64,000 bases of DNA, taken from contig SICP01000004.1 in assembly GCA_009691415.1 (NCBI GenBank), positions 1,960 through 65,959 on the forward strand. Direction: 5' to 3'. This document shows, piece after piece, positions 27,283 to 36,886 of this stretch. Position numbers and translations under genes: made by a program. The notes beneath the pieces were generated by a model that was given only the letters and a program-made list of their open reading frames with translations, was not told the DNA's origin and searched no databases. Position 1 is the stretch's first letter. Each line of letters begins with the position of its first letter. Origin of the DNA: Candidatus Margulisiibacteriota bacterium. Lineage in GTDB: Bacteria > Margulisbacteria > Marinamargulisbacteria > SXXA01 > SICP01.

Positions 27283-29148
27283 AAAACGTTCCTGAATAAG
27301 CGTCATAACATCAGGATTCCCCAGTGTCGTCACATCGCCAATGGGCTTGCCTTCTACCACATCTTTTAAAAGACGACGCATAATTTTTCCGCTTCTTGTC
27401 TTTGGTAAGTCTGGTGTAAAAATAATGCGTTTAGGTTTTGCAATCGCACCAATCATTTTAGACACATGACTGATCATTTCTTTTTCTAAAGCAACATTTC
27501 CTAAATAGCCATCTTTAAGAGTCACAAATGCAATAATGGCCTGCCCCTTGATATCATCTGGCATACCTACAACAGCAGCCTCCGACACACCTTGGAAATC
27601 CACTAAACTACTTTCCACTTCCATAGTACCAATACGATGACCGGCCACATTTAAGACATCATCCACTCGACCCAAAATCATATAATACCCATCGGCATCA
27701 ATCGTGGCACCGTCGCCTGCAAAATAAGTAGAAAAAGTTTTCCAATACACTTCTTCGTACCGTTTATTATCTCCCCAAATCCCACGCAACATAGAAGGCC
27801 AAGGCTCCATTAAAGAGAGCAGGCCACCCCCTTGGGTAACCGGTGTCCCATCAGGCATGAGTACAGAAGCCGTAATCCCCGGTAACGGAAGACCCGCATG
27901 TCCCGGACGCATCAAATGAATGCCAGGCAAGGTCGTAATCATAATGCCACCTGTTTCCGTCTGCCACCACGTGTCTACAATTGGACATCTGTTTTTTCCA
28001 ATCTGTTCATAATACCAAATCCAGGCCTCGGGATTAATCGGCTCTCCCACACTTCCCAGCAAACGCAGTGATGACAAATCATGTCTAGCTGGAAGCTCGT
28101 CGCCCCATTTCATGAACGATCTAATCGCAGTAGGGGCCGTATAAAAAATACTCACTTTATGTTTTTCAATCACGTCCCAAAATCGATCTTGTTCGGGATA
28201 GTCAGGGGTCCCTTCAAACATCATGCACGTCGCACCATTCGAAAGGGGCCCATAAATTAAATACGTATGCCCCGTGATCCACCCTACATCCGCAGTGCAC
28301 CAATAAACATCTGAATCTTTTAAATCAAAAACGGCATGTGTGGAATATTTGGCATGGGTTAAGTAGCCCCCAGTTGTATGCACAATACCCTTAGGTTTTC
28401 CCGTAGTGCCAGACGTATATAAAATAAAAAGAGGATCTTCACTCATCATAGGCTCTGCTTGATGCGATGAAAAATTACCTTCAAGTTTAAGTGTGTCCAC
28501 AACCACAATATGTTTGACGTGTGTATCATGTTGAGACACAGCTTCTTCTACCACGTCGTTAATTGGTAGAGGTTTGCCACGGCGAGTCCCTGCAGAGGCA
28601 GTCAGTACAACTTCTGACTTAGAGTCTTGTAGACGGTCTCGCAAAGAAGAGGCGCTAAACCCTCCAAAGACAACGCTATGAATGGCACCTATACGCGCAC
28701 ACGCCAACACGCCTATTACAAGCTCCGGAATCATGGGCATATATAGCGTGACACGATCCCCTTTTTTGACACCTAATTCATTTTGAAGATATGTAGCTAA
28801 CCGACAGACTTCTTGATGAAGTTCCTCATACGTAAACGTCCTAACGTCACCGAATTCCCCCTCCCAAATCAGCGCTTTCTTATCTTTCCGATGGGTAACC
28901 AAATGTACATCCAAACAGTTATAAGCCGCATTCAGTTGGCCTTCTTGAAACCACTTTGCATATGGACGATTCCATTCCAAAACCGTTTCAAAAGGCTTAA
29001 ACCAATGCAGCTTTTTAGCCTGCTCCGCCCAAAATTCAAGACGATCTTTATCTAGATCAATTGAGGTAACATTGGCTAGTTTTTTGAATATGTCAGAAGG
29101 CTCAAACTGTCGATTTTCAATGAGTAACGTTTCTATATTTTGGCTCAT
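27274..29148 (-). CDS. acs: Acetyl-CoA synthetase
   Basis: 624 aa. AMP-binding signature YTSGTTGKPKG, YWCTADVGWITGH and C-terminal PKTRSGKIMRR. Confidence 0.95.
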   Translation of the reverse strand: MSQNIETLLIENRQFEPSDIFKKLANVTSIDLDKDRLEFWAEQAKKLHWFKPFETVLEWNRPYAKWFQEGQLNAAYNCLDVHLVTHRKDKKALIWEGEFGDVRTFTYEELHQEVCRLATYLQNELGVKKGDRVTLYMPMIPELVIGVLACARIGAIHSVVFGGFSASSLRDRLQDSKSEVVLTASAGTRRGKPLPINDVVEEAVSQHDTHVKHIVVVDTLKLEGNFSSHQAEPMMSEDPLFILYTSGTTGKPKGIVHTTGGYLTHAKYSTHAVFDLKDSDVYWCTADVGWITGHTYLIYGPLSNGATCMMFEGTPDYPEQDRFWDVIEKHKVSIFYTAPTAIRSFMKWGDELPARHDLSSLRLLGSVGEPINPEAWIWYYEQIGKNRCPIVDTWWQTETGGIMITTLPGIHLMRPGHAGLPLPGITASVLMPDGTPVTQGGGLLSLMEPWPSMLRGIWGDNKRYEEVYWKTFSTYFAGDGATIDADGYYMILGRVDDVLNVAGHRIGTMEVESSLVDFQGVSEAAVVGMPDDIKGQAIIAFVTLKDGYLGNVALEKEMISHVSKMIGAIAKPKRIIFTPDLPKTRSGKIMRRLLKDVVEGKPIGDVTTLGNPDVMTLIQERFLS

Positions 29149-29153
29149 GCAAG

Positions 29154-29501
29154 CTACTCCATAGAATTTAATTTAGATAACATGACTGCTAATTTTTCTT
29201 TTAATTTTGGCAATTCATTTTCGATTGTTTCGTAGAGAATAAATAAATTAACACCTGCATAATGATGAATTAACTTATCTCTCATTCTTGCTATTTCTTT
29301 CCAAGGAATTTCTGGAAATTGAGACTGAATTTCAGAAGGAACTTGCTTCGCTGCTTCACCCATAATTTCAAATTTCCTGATAACAGCACTGCTTGTTTTG
29401 TCATCTGACAAAAAGGATTTGATATCCATATTTTCAACAAATTTCTCAATCGCATTTACAGCTTTTATAATATCTTGAATATAGACCTTATATTGTCTCA
29501 T
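29154..29501 (-). CDS. hepT: HepT (DUF86) RNase toxin of a HepT-MNT type VII toxin-antitoxin pair
   Basis: 115 aa. Rx4HxY motif in RDKLIHHYAGV. 4-nt overlap with the upstream nucleotidyltransferase gene. Confidence 0.85.
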   Translation of the reverse strand: MRQYKVYIQDIIKAVNAIEKFVENMDIKSFLSDDKTSSAVIRKFEIMGEAAKQVPSEIQSQFPEIPWKEIARMRDKLIHHYAGVNLFILYETIENELPKLKEKLAVMLSKLNSME

Positions 29502-29779
29502 AGTCGAATCATCGTACTTAAGATTTCAGATTTGAATTCGGGGCGCAAGGTAGATTCATCAACCAAATCTACTTTCCGATGAAGTCTTTCTTCCAACAAT
29601 AAAGTGAGTCGAGCATCATCAAATAAAGACATGCCTGCGCCATAAGAAACGAGAAGATCAAGATCACTATCCGAATGTTCTGAATGTTTAGCATATGATC
29701 CAAAGAGACCTAACATCTTAACATTGTAATGATTTTCTACTTCAATCTTTAATCCTTTTAAAGTTTGCGTCAAATCCAT
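29498..29779 (-). CDS. mntA: MNT-type nucleotidyltransferase antitoxin
   Basis: 93 aa. GLFGSYAKHSEHSDSDLDLLV (GS...DxD minimal nucleotidyltransferase motif). Confidence 0.85.
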   Translation of the reverse strand: MDLTQTLKGLKIEVENHYNVKMLGLFGSYAKHSEHSDSDLDLLVSYGAGMSLFDDARLTLLLEERLHRKVDLVDESTLRPEFKSEILSTMIRL

Positions 29780-29780
29780 T

Positions 29781-30158
29781 TTATTTCTCCATAGCCACCG
29801 CTTCTATTTCAATTTGAAATCCTCTCGGCAAGTCTTTTGTGGGTACCGCTGATCTTGCTGGCTTATGATCACCAAACACTTCACCATAAACACGATTAGC
29901 TTCTGCCCAAAGCCCAATATCCGAAATAAAAATAGTCGTCTTTAACACATGATTCAAATCACTGCCCGCCGCTTTCAAAACTGTTTCCAAATGCTTCAAT
30001 GTCAAACGCGTTTGCTCTGCAATACTACCTACAGGCGCATCTGGGTTTTCAAGATTAATCGGCAATTGTCCCGAAACAAAAATAAGGCCATTGTGAACAA
30101 TAGCTTGTGAATAATGACCAAGAGGGAGTGGCGCTTCTTTTGTTGAAATACTAATCAT
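29781..30158 (-). CDS. ridA: RidA/YjgF-family reactive-intermediate deaminase
   Basis: 125 aa. YSQAIVHNGLIFVSGQLP...ARSAV...LPRGFQIEIEAVA. Confidence 0.9.
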   Translation of the reverse strand: MISISTKEAPLPLGHYSQAIVHNGLIFVSGQLPINLENPDAPVGSIAEQTRLTLKHLETVLKAAGSDLNHVLKTTIFISDIGLWAEANRVYGEVFGDHKPARSAVPTKDLPRGFQIEIEAVAMEK

Positions 30159-30295
30159 ATCAAATCTCCTAAATTTAAATTTATTTTAGTATACCCTGTA
30201 AATTCAATTAAAACTTACGTTTAAATTGAATTGACATAGCTAGCAGTCCATAATTTTATATCATTTTACGTAATAAAAACTAAGGGGAAACACAT

Positions 30296-30925
30296 ATGAA
30301 AATCAGTAAGATTATAGTAACAGGAATGATGCTAATGGTTATAGCAACACCTTCAATAGCAGAATTTAAAGCAAAAGAAATTGCGATTTTAGCCGGCGAA
30401 ACATTATTTAGTACCAAGTTAGAAGATCAGTATAAAACTTCGGATACACTTGACTTTCATGAACAAGTTACTTTCGGTATTGAAGGTGTACTCGGAGATT
30501 CGAATAGCTCAACTGATCTTGTAGTAGGGATAAATCTAGCAACAAAATCAAAAACCTTCTCTGAAGATGAAATAGATGTTACAGGCACTCTTGATACCTC
30601 ATTTGCAAAACTAGGTGCTAGAACACACCTCGCAGACTGGTTTTTTGTAGGAGCAGGACTCAATTACACAACCATCAAAGGAAGTTTTACTGTATCAGAA
30701 ATTAATGTTTCCTCATCTAAAAGTGCGTTTGGTTTTTATGGTGAAGCAGGTATTGAGGCTAAATTTGATCACATGAAAATTGGCACAAAATATGTATACA
30801 ATAATTCTGAAAAAGTAGCACTGTTTGGAAGCACTACTACCAAGGTTAATCCAACTTCAAGCAGTATTCTTGGATTTGTGTCGTACGTATTCTACCCATT
30901 TAACAATTCGCCCAGTGAGGCATAA
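30296..30925 (+). CDS. Small outer-membrane beta-barrel protein (OmpW/OmpA-barrel-like)
   Basis: 209 aa. Signal peptide with alternating beta-strand pattern. The aromatic-rich end ...GFVSYVF lies near the C-terminus. Confidence 0.55.
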   Translation: MKISKIIVTGMMLMVIATPSIAEFKAKEIAILAGETLFSTKLEDQYKTSDTLDFHEQVTFGIEGVLGDSNSSTDLVVGINLATKSKTFSEDEIDVTGTLDTSFAKLGARTHLADWFFVGAGLNYTTIKGSFTVSEINVSSSKSAFGFYGEAGIEAKFDHMKIGTKYVYNNSEKVALFGSTTTKVNPTSSSILGFVSYVFYPFNNSPSEA

Positions 30926-31482
30926 GAATTTCCAAGTCGGGCTAGTGGATCTAGCCCCTTGGGATCTACCGAAAGCTTCCCCTCAGATAGCGTAGCAATC
31001 GTATCCGACACATAAGAAGAAACAATTTCCCCCAAAATCATCGCCTGAGTACCAATTTCAACAATGTCAAAACGCTTACACAAAAATGCAACTGTCACAT
31101 TTGCAATACGTGGGAGCGGCCAATCCAATTCTTCATTTAAGACAACACCAAACTTAGCGGCTTCTGATTCTCCAAAAGGAAGTGCGGCAGACGTTTCTGT
31201 TACTAAAGATAGGTCTGCAACAGACGGAATATGCACCACAAAATGAGAACGTGCTTCTATGTTTTTTAAAGTATCTTTTTTAAAGCTGTCCTGTTTTTTG
31301 CCAGCAGAAATATATAAAACCGGAGGAGACGTAGACACAGCATTAAAATATGAAAATGGCGCAATGTTATAAGATGTGTCCCCATTGTCAGACAAAACCC
31401 ATGCGATAGGTCTCGGAATAATCGTTTGAGACATAAGCGCATACATCAATTTGCTTGAAGTTTCGTTACTTTGAAAGACCAT
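30892..31482 (-). CDS. Flavin reductase-like FMN-binding domain protein
   Basis: 196 aa. IIPRPIAWVLS...YNIAPFSYFNAVS is typical of the flavin reductase domain. Confidence 0.8.
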   Translation of the reverse strand: MVFQSNETSSKLMYALMSQTIIPRPIAWVLSDNGDTSYNIAPFSYFNAVSTSPPVLYISAGKKQDSFKKDTLKNIEARSHFVVHIPSVADLSLVTETSAALPFGESEAAKFGVVLNEELDWPLPRIANVTVAFLCKRFDIVEIGTQAMILGEIVSSYVSDTIATLSEGKLSVDPKGLDPLARLGNSYASLGELLNG

Positions 31483-32338
31483 ATACAGCTCCTAGCATGA
31501 GTGACCCACCTACTAAAGTATAAATCGTAATGGGTTCCTGCAAAAAAAGATAGCTCGATATTACAGAAACCACTGGCACCATAAACGCAAATGCAGAAAC
31601 AGGTTTTGCACCTAATTTTGAAGTAGCATAAAGAAAAACACCCGTTGCAAAAACAGTCCCTAAAATTGAAAGATACAAAAGTAATGTCCAAAAATCAAGA
31701 TGCCCCAACGTGGGAGTATGCAGCGTAATATCTTTAAAATAAATACAGGCAGAAAGAAGAGCCGTACAGGTATATAAATAAAATGCAAATACAAAAGGAT
31801 GCAAACGATGGGGCTCCACCGCCAAAGAAAAAAGAGACCAAGCCATAGCCGAACCCATAAAATAAACCAATCCCGCACTGAGAATCAATCGAGGATCGAC
31901 AGCCCAAAGATGGACTAAAATAACCATGCCTATAAGGCCTAATATAATCCAAACTATTTCTTTAAAATGAAAAGGTTTCTTGAAAAAAAGTGCACATAAA
32001 ATAAACGTAAACATAGGGCTCAACGTACACACCAAAACCCCACCAATCCCTGCGAAGCCTCCCTGACTTAGCCCACGTAAAGACAGCCATTGCTGTAAGA
32101 ATTGAAGAAATACACCCATCAGTATAAAAAAGCCATCTCGTACTGAAATTCTAAGTGAGGATTTTGTCCACAAAAGTATAGGAATACAGAAAACAGAAGA
32201 TATAAAATAACGCCAAAAAATCAAAACATGAATAGGTGACATCGAGGTAAGTAGCTTAGAGACCGACCAAGTAATTCCCCAAAACAACATGGCAAAACAC
32301 ATGCCAACTGTGAGTAAAAAACGTGAAGTGACCTTCAT
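31466..32338 (-). CDS. EamA/DMT-superfamily transporter
   Basis: 290 aa with ten TM helices in two EamA-like halves. Confidence 0.8.
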   Translation of the reverse strand: MKVTSRFLLTVGMCFAMLFWGITWSVSKLLTSMSPIHVLIFWRYFISSVFCIPILLWTKSSLRISVRDGFFILMGVFLQFLQQWLSLRGLSQGGFAGIGGVLVCTLSPMFTFILCALFFKKPFHFKEIVWIILGLIGMVILVHLWAVDPRLILSAGLVYFMGSAMAWSLFSLAVEPHRLHPFVFAFYLYTCTALLSACIYFKDITLHTPTLGHLDFWTLLLYLSILGTVFATGVFLYATSKLGAKPVSAFAFMVPVVSVISSYLFLQEPITIYTLVGGSLMLGAVYGLSK

Positions 32339-32340
32339 GT

Positions 32341-33639
32341 TTACAATAAAGTAGCGAGTAAATCGTACCCTTTAACAGCAGTGATTTTTACGGGATAAAA
32401 ATTACCAGACACCAAAGACTCCGATTGTTTGACCAAAATGCGTCCATCTACATCCGGCGCTTCTCTATAGGTGCGCCCCTCTCCATTGCCTTCGTAAAGC
32501 ATATCAAATGTTTTTCCAATAAGCGCTTCATGACGCTTGGTCACCAACTCATACTGATGTTTCATAATGCGACGAATACGTTTTTGGATAATAGCGGGAT
32601 CCACTTTGTCAGCCATACGGGCAGAACGCGTTTCCCTTTCTTCAGAATAAGGAAAACAACCCAACTGTGTAATCGGATACTGGCTCATAAAGTCCATTAA
32701 TTCCTGAACATGTTCTTCTGTCTCACCCGGAAATCCAACGATAAACGTCGTGCGCCACGTAAAGTCTGGAATCTCAGCAAAGAGCTTATCCAAGATCGAA
32801 GTCAAAAAAACTTTGTCATGTTTACGATTCATTTTTTCTAGTAACATCGAATTAACGTGTTGAATGGGCATGTCCATATAACGACACAATTTGGGTTCAT
32901 CACGAAGCACAGAAATTAACTCAGCATCCACACGAGATGGAAAAATATACATCGCTCTTATCCAAGGCACATCCACTTTTGCCAGCTCTTTTAAAAGCAT
33001 CGGAAACGACGGCTTTCCATAAATATCTTCACCCCACGCCGTTGTGTCTTCAGCAATCACAATCAGCTCTTTTGCACCAAATGAAAGTTGTAAATTGGCT
33101 TCTTTAATAACCTCTTCAGACGTCTTACTCGTATGTTCTCCACGAATTTTAGGAATCGTGCAAAACGAACACCAATTATTACAACCTTCAGAGATTTTAA
33201 GATACGCAAAATGAGAGGGCGTCAGCTTGGTATACGGAACGCTAGCAGAGGCAGGTCTGAATTTTTTTTCAAACACAAGCGCGGACAATTTCTGCTGGAC
33301 TTGCATTTCATCTTTAGTTGTAATCCAGAGATCGACATCCGGAAATTTGGCCTGAAGATCAGGCTCTTTAAACCGACTAGGATAACACCCCGCAACGACT
33401 AAATATTTGATATGTCCGGCCAGTTTCCGCTCACTTAATTGACGAATATTAGCCTCTGTTTCATCTATAGCCGCCTGAATAAACGAACACGTATTTAAAA
33501 TTGTAATGCGCTCCCCAGAGCCTTCAGCCGTAAGCTGAAAGCCCCCCTGTTGTAACAGATCTACCATTTTCTCGGTATCTACAAGCGTACGCGCACACCC
33601 TAGAGAAACAACGCTAAAAAGAGGTTTTGGAGGCGACAT
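32341..33639 (-). CDS. rimO: Ribosomal protein S12 methylthiotransferase
   Basis: 432 aa. UPF0004 N-domain (SLGCARTLVDTE), radical-SAM CNNWCSFC and a C-terminal TRAM domain. Confidence 0.9.
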   Translation of the reverse strand: MSPPKPLFSVVSLGCARTLVDTEKMVDLLQQGGFQLTAEGSGERITILNTCSFIQAAIDETEANIRQLSERKLAGHIKYLVVAGCYPSRFKEPDLQAKFPDVDLWITTKDEMQVQQKLSALVFEKKFRPASASVPYTKLTPSHFAYLKISEGCNNWCSFCTIPKIRGEHTSKTSEEVIKEANLQLSFGAKELIVIAEDTTAWGEDIYGKPSFPMLLKELAKVDVPWIRAMYIFPSRVDAELISVLRDEPKLCRYMDMPIQHVNSMLLEKMNRKHDKVFLTSILDKLFAEIPDFTWRTTFIVGFPGETEEHVQELMDFMSQYPITQLGCFPYSEERETRSARMADKVDPAIIQKRIRRIMKHQYELVTKRHEALIGKTFDMLYEGNGEGRTYREAPDVDGRILVKQSESLVSGNFYPVKITAVKGYDLLATLL

Positions 33640-33642
33640 CGA

Positions 33643-34173
33643 TTATGCCTTTGAAAACTTGGCGATCACAAGTCCTGCAAGAGTAAATCCTATGACTGTG
33701 TCTACAATACCTACCACTGTATAAGCGCAAGTAAAGCCAAACCAATTATACATTGGCACATAAGAAGCCACACCGATCACAAGGCCAATCTCAGAAACAA
33801 AACAAACTTTCTTCCAATAAGAAAGTCCAGATGTTCTAGACAATAAACAACCTACAAACCCGGCAAGAAGTAATTGCGTCAAAGCGGCAATACCCATCAT
33901 TTTTGGCATGGACTGGGTCATGCCTTGAGGACAAAATGCAATAAACGCACGCGGTGCTTTGGGATTACACTGAGAAGAATCGTGTGATATCTCACCAGGA
34001 ATCATATACATAGCTCTTTCTGTTCCACCTTCCATCATAGCCGTTACAACCGCAGGCTCATTGGTAAATTTAGTAAACGTTTGCATATGCCAAGGAAGTA
34101 CCGACCAAGAAGCCATTCCCCAAACAAATAAAACAACCGCGCCCAACAGTGTAGATGTGTAATTACATTTCAT
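33643..34173 (-). CDS. Membrane protein, unknown function
   Basis: 176 aa. Four predicted TM helices with a Met-rich loop (MTQSMPKMM). Confidence 0.5.
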   Translation of the reverse strand: MKCNYTSTLLGAVVLFVWGMASWSVLPWHMQTFTKFTNEPAVVTAMMEGGTERAMYMIPGEISHDSSQCNPKAPRAFIAFCPQGMTQSMPKMMGIAALTQLLLAGFVGCLLSRTSGLSYWKKVCFVSEIGLVIGVASYVPMYNWFGFTCAYTVVGIVDTVIGFTLAGLVIAKFSKA

Positions 34174-34228
34174 TTAATAACCCTCCAGATATCTTGAAAA
34201 AATATTTAACGGAAATTATACCAGACAT

Positions 34229-34729
34229 TTATTTACAAAGACCAATAACCCCAACCCCAATACGTGCGCCAGCATTTCCTGCAGGTCCAGACCCATCATC
34301 TTCTTTCACATGCAAAACAACAGAGCGACCCATAATCGGATGAAAACTACCAGAAACAGAAATCGTATCATCCAACATTTCCAAAGTCGCATTTCCTGAA
34401 ACATCCGCCACTATATTTCCGAAAGAGCCAGCATGTCTTTCATGCACTGGAGGCAAGCCATGCTTATGATGATCAGGATTATAATGGCCTCCCGCACTTG
34501 TACCATCCGCACTGGTGATATCGCCATATTCATGAATATGGAACCCATGTTTACCCGGCGTCAGACCCTGTAATGTCGCACGGACGCGAACTTTGTCACC
34601 TTCTTGAGAAAATCGAATCAGGCCCGATGCCCTATGACCCGCAGTAGGCTGAATAACCGCTATCGCATCTGCATATAACTGCACAGAAAAAAGCCCCAAA
34701 ACAGACATAATCAACACATATTTTTTCAT
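34229..34729 (-). CDS. sodC: Periplasmic Cu/Zn superoxide dismutase
   Basis: 166 aa. Signal peptide. GFHIHEYGD, GGHYNP and HVKEDDG motifs. Confidence 0.92.
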   Translation of the reverse strand: MKKYVLIMSVLGLFSVQLYADAIAVIQPTAGHRASGLIRFSQEGDKVRVRATLQGLTPGKHGFHIHEYGDITSADGTSAGGHYNPDHHKHGLPPVHERHAGSFGNIVADVSGNATLEMLDDTISVSGSFHPIMGRSVVLHVKEDDGSGPAGNAGARIGVGVIGLCK

Positions 34730-35544
34730 GAAATACTCCTATGAATAAGCTTTATTCCTAGCGGAATAATAAACACAAATTCTCCGTAAATTCTGTATCG
34801 ATCAGATATACGAAACCGTGAGGAAAAGCATAACATACCTCCGGTACACACAGCCATGAGAAGAAGTCCCCGATACGAACATAAAAGACCGACAAGAATC
34901 AAACTAAACCAAAGACATAGTCCTAAAAAACGCACACGCTTTGCTCCTATCCAAAAAGATAAAGAGGGCAGGGAATCTAATCTATCCACTACATCATCCA
35001 AATACGTATAACACCACAAACTCAACAAAACGATACCAAAAAAATAGACAATAGCCCCAAACGGAATAGACCGACTTTGCATAGAAAGTAGGGGGCCCAA
35101 AAAAATGCCCCCCGTATAAAGAAACGCAATGACAATTTCTTTTATAAAGCCATACCAACGAAAACGGGCAATTGCTACATGTAGTAATGCAAATAATCCC
35201 AAACATAAACTGGCAAATAGTAGTGGCTTAGAAAAAAATAAAATCGCTAAAATAAATACACAGGTAAAGCCAACTAACGACAATAATAAAAATAGATGCC
35301 GATGAGTATAATGAAAACGATGTCGAGCCGAATGACTATCTTCCTTAGCATCTAAAACACGATCCAAAGAATAAATTCCAAAAACCGATAAAGACAAAGC
35401 CCCCCACCAACTCCAGTGCATAGAGACCCCCACAATCTGACATGCCAATAACGCGCTACCCAGAGACCCCAAAACAGTATCCAAATTTAAATGCCTAAGA
35501 AAACTCATTAGCCTATTGTATACTTCCTGCATGAAACAAAGCAC
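34726..35544 (-). CDS. Polytopic membrane protein, possible UbiA-superfamily prenyltransferase
   Basis: 272 aa with about 8 TM helices and two Asp-rich motifs (YSLDRVLDAKED, YLDDVVDRLD). ATGA overlap with sodC. The start may be Met13 (35508). Confidence 0.4.
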   Translation of the reverse strand: MLCFMQEVYNRLMSFLRHLNLDTVLGSLGSALLACQIVGVSMHWSWWGALSLSVFGIYSLDRVLDAKEDSHSARHRFHYTHRHLFLLLSLVGFTCVFILAILFFSKPLLFASLCLGLFALLHVAIARFRWYGFIKEIVIAFLYTGGIFLGPLLSMQSRSIPFGAIVYFFGIVLLSLWCYTYLDDVVDRLDSLPSLSFWIGAKRVRFLGLCLWFSLILVGLLCSYRGLLLMAVCTGGMLCFSSRFRISDRYRIYGEFVFIIPLGIKLIHRSIS

Positions 35545-35977
35545 ACAAAATTATTTAAAAGCTATGGTCGCACTTTGTGGCCCAGAGTCTTTTCGGAGAC
35601 TCAAAATAAATGAAATTTCAAAAAAATTAGAGATCTCTCCAGCCGCTGTAAATGACATGGTCAAAAAGCTCGAAGTAGAAAAGTTTGTAACTTGCCTACC
35701 CTACAAAGGCGTAACACTTACTAAAAAAGGCTGGGAAATTGGGTGTAACATGATACGCCATCATCGTCTGTGGGAATCTTTTTTATATACAGAGCTAGGA
35801 CTCTCTTGGGACAAAGTTCACGAAGAAGCAGAGCGTCTAGAACATGCATGCTCCGATGAAATCATCAATAAAATTGAAGAGAAATTAGGGTTTCCAAAAG
35901 AAGACCCACATGGCAATCCTATTCCCGATCGAAATGGAAAAATACTTTACAAAACTAAATACACCCCCCCGATTTAA
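35531..35977 (+). CDS. mntR: DtxR/MntR-family metal-dependent transcriptional regulator
   Basis: MKQSTQNYLKAM... HTH (INEISKKLEISPAAVNDMVKKL), a dimerisation/metal-binding domain (IRHHRLWESFL...EAERLEH) and PHGNPIP. Near mntH. Confidence 0.8.
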   Translation: MKQSTQNYLKAMVALCGPESFRRLKINEISKKLEISPAAVNDMVKKLEVEKFVTCLPYKGVTLTKKGWEIGCNMIRHHRLWESFLYTELGLSWDKVHEEAERLEHACSDEIINKIEEKLGFPKEDPHGNPIPDRNGKILYKTKYTPPI

Positions 35978-36466
35978 ATATGAAATACGCACATCCCAAA
36001 GGGTGGGTACTGACACTAGGTTCTTTTGACACGCCTCTAGGCGAAGAAGAACTAAGTAATAACGCTGACATATTTTCTAACCTATTCATCTTTAACTCAT
36101 TGCTTTATTCAGGCCTCACAAACAGTCCCCTATCAACCCATTAACACCCTAGATCTAAGAGGCTATAACGGCACACTTCATTTCGATAACAAGACTAAAA
36201 CTATATGGATGGCTGAAGCAGTGATCACCCCACACATCTATGGACACGATACTCCGCATGGGAAACCACAGGCGATCTCACGACAAAAGTGAATCCAGGA
36301 CCTCATTAGCCCCACAAGCAGGCTCCGCACACCGACTACAAGTCAATCTACAGTACGCTCTAGAAGACAATTTGATTGCAAAAAAAGAAGACGTCTGGAT
36401 CACTATAAAAGCGGAGAAGAGATTAATGGCGTGGTCTTAGCGCTAAATGGGAAGTTCTGCCCCCCC

Positions 36467-36886
36467 TCAACTCCTCACCATCAAAACCGGAACCACAACA
36501 CTGTGCCGAACTTTATCTGCTGTACTACCATAAATAAAATCCGCAATAATGCCGTGTCCATGTGTCGACATCGCAATCAAATCTACGTGATACGCTTTAG
36601 ACAATTTAATAATTTCTTGAGACGGCTCACCCGTAGCTAAAAAATACTCAACAGAAAACCCTTCATTAATAAGGCTATCTGACTGCATTTTAAGATAAAG
36701 TTTATCCGCTTTCATTTCTTCACTCTCAGCCAAATGTAAGCGCTGAAAATTGCGTGCAGCCCACCCATCTGCAACATGCACCAATACCAATGCCGCACCG
36801 GTTAGCTTAGCAAGCGGACGAATATGGTCTAGTACAGCTTGATCTGCTGATGAATTCTCAAGTGGTATTAGTATTTTTTTATACAT
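36467..36886 (-). CDS. Universal stress protein (UspA family)
   Basis: 139 aa. KKILIPLENS..., LVLVHV... and STHGHG.... 8-nt overlap with mntH. Confidence 0.85.
   Translation of the reverse strand: MYKKILIPLENSSADQAVLDHIRPLAKLTGAALVLVHVADGWAARNFQRLHLAESEEMKADKLYLKMQSDSLINEGFSVEYFLATGEPSQEIIKLSKAYHVDLIAMSTHGHGIIADFIYGSTADKVRHSVVVPVLMVRS

Noticed and set aside
36240-36640. ORFs 36240-36440 and 36431-36640 as real genes
   Set aside because: The second is antisense to the uspA-family gene. The first has no SD and sits in the fragmented region that I interpret as decayed sequence.
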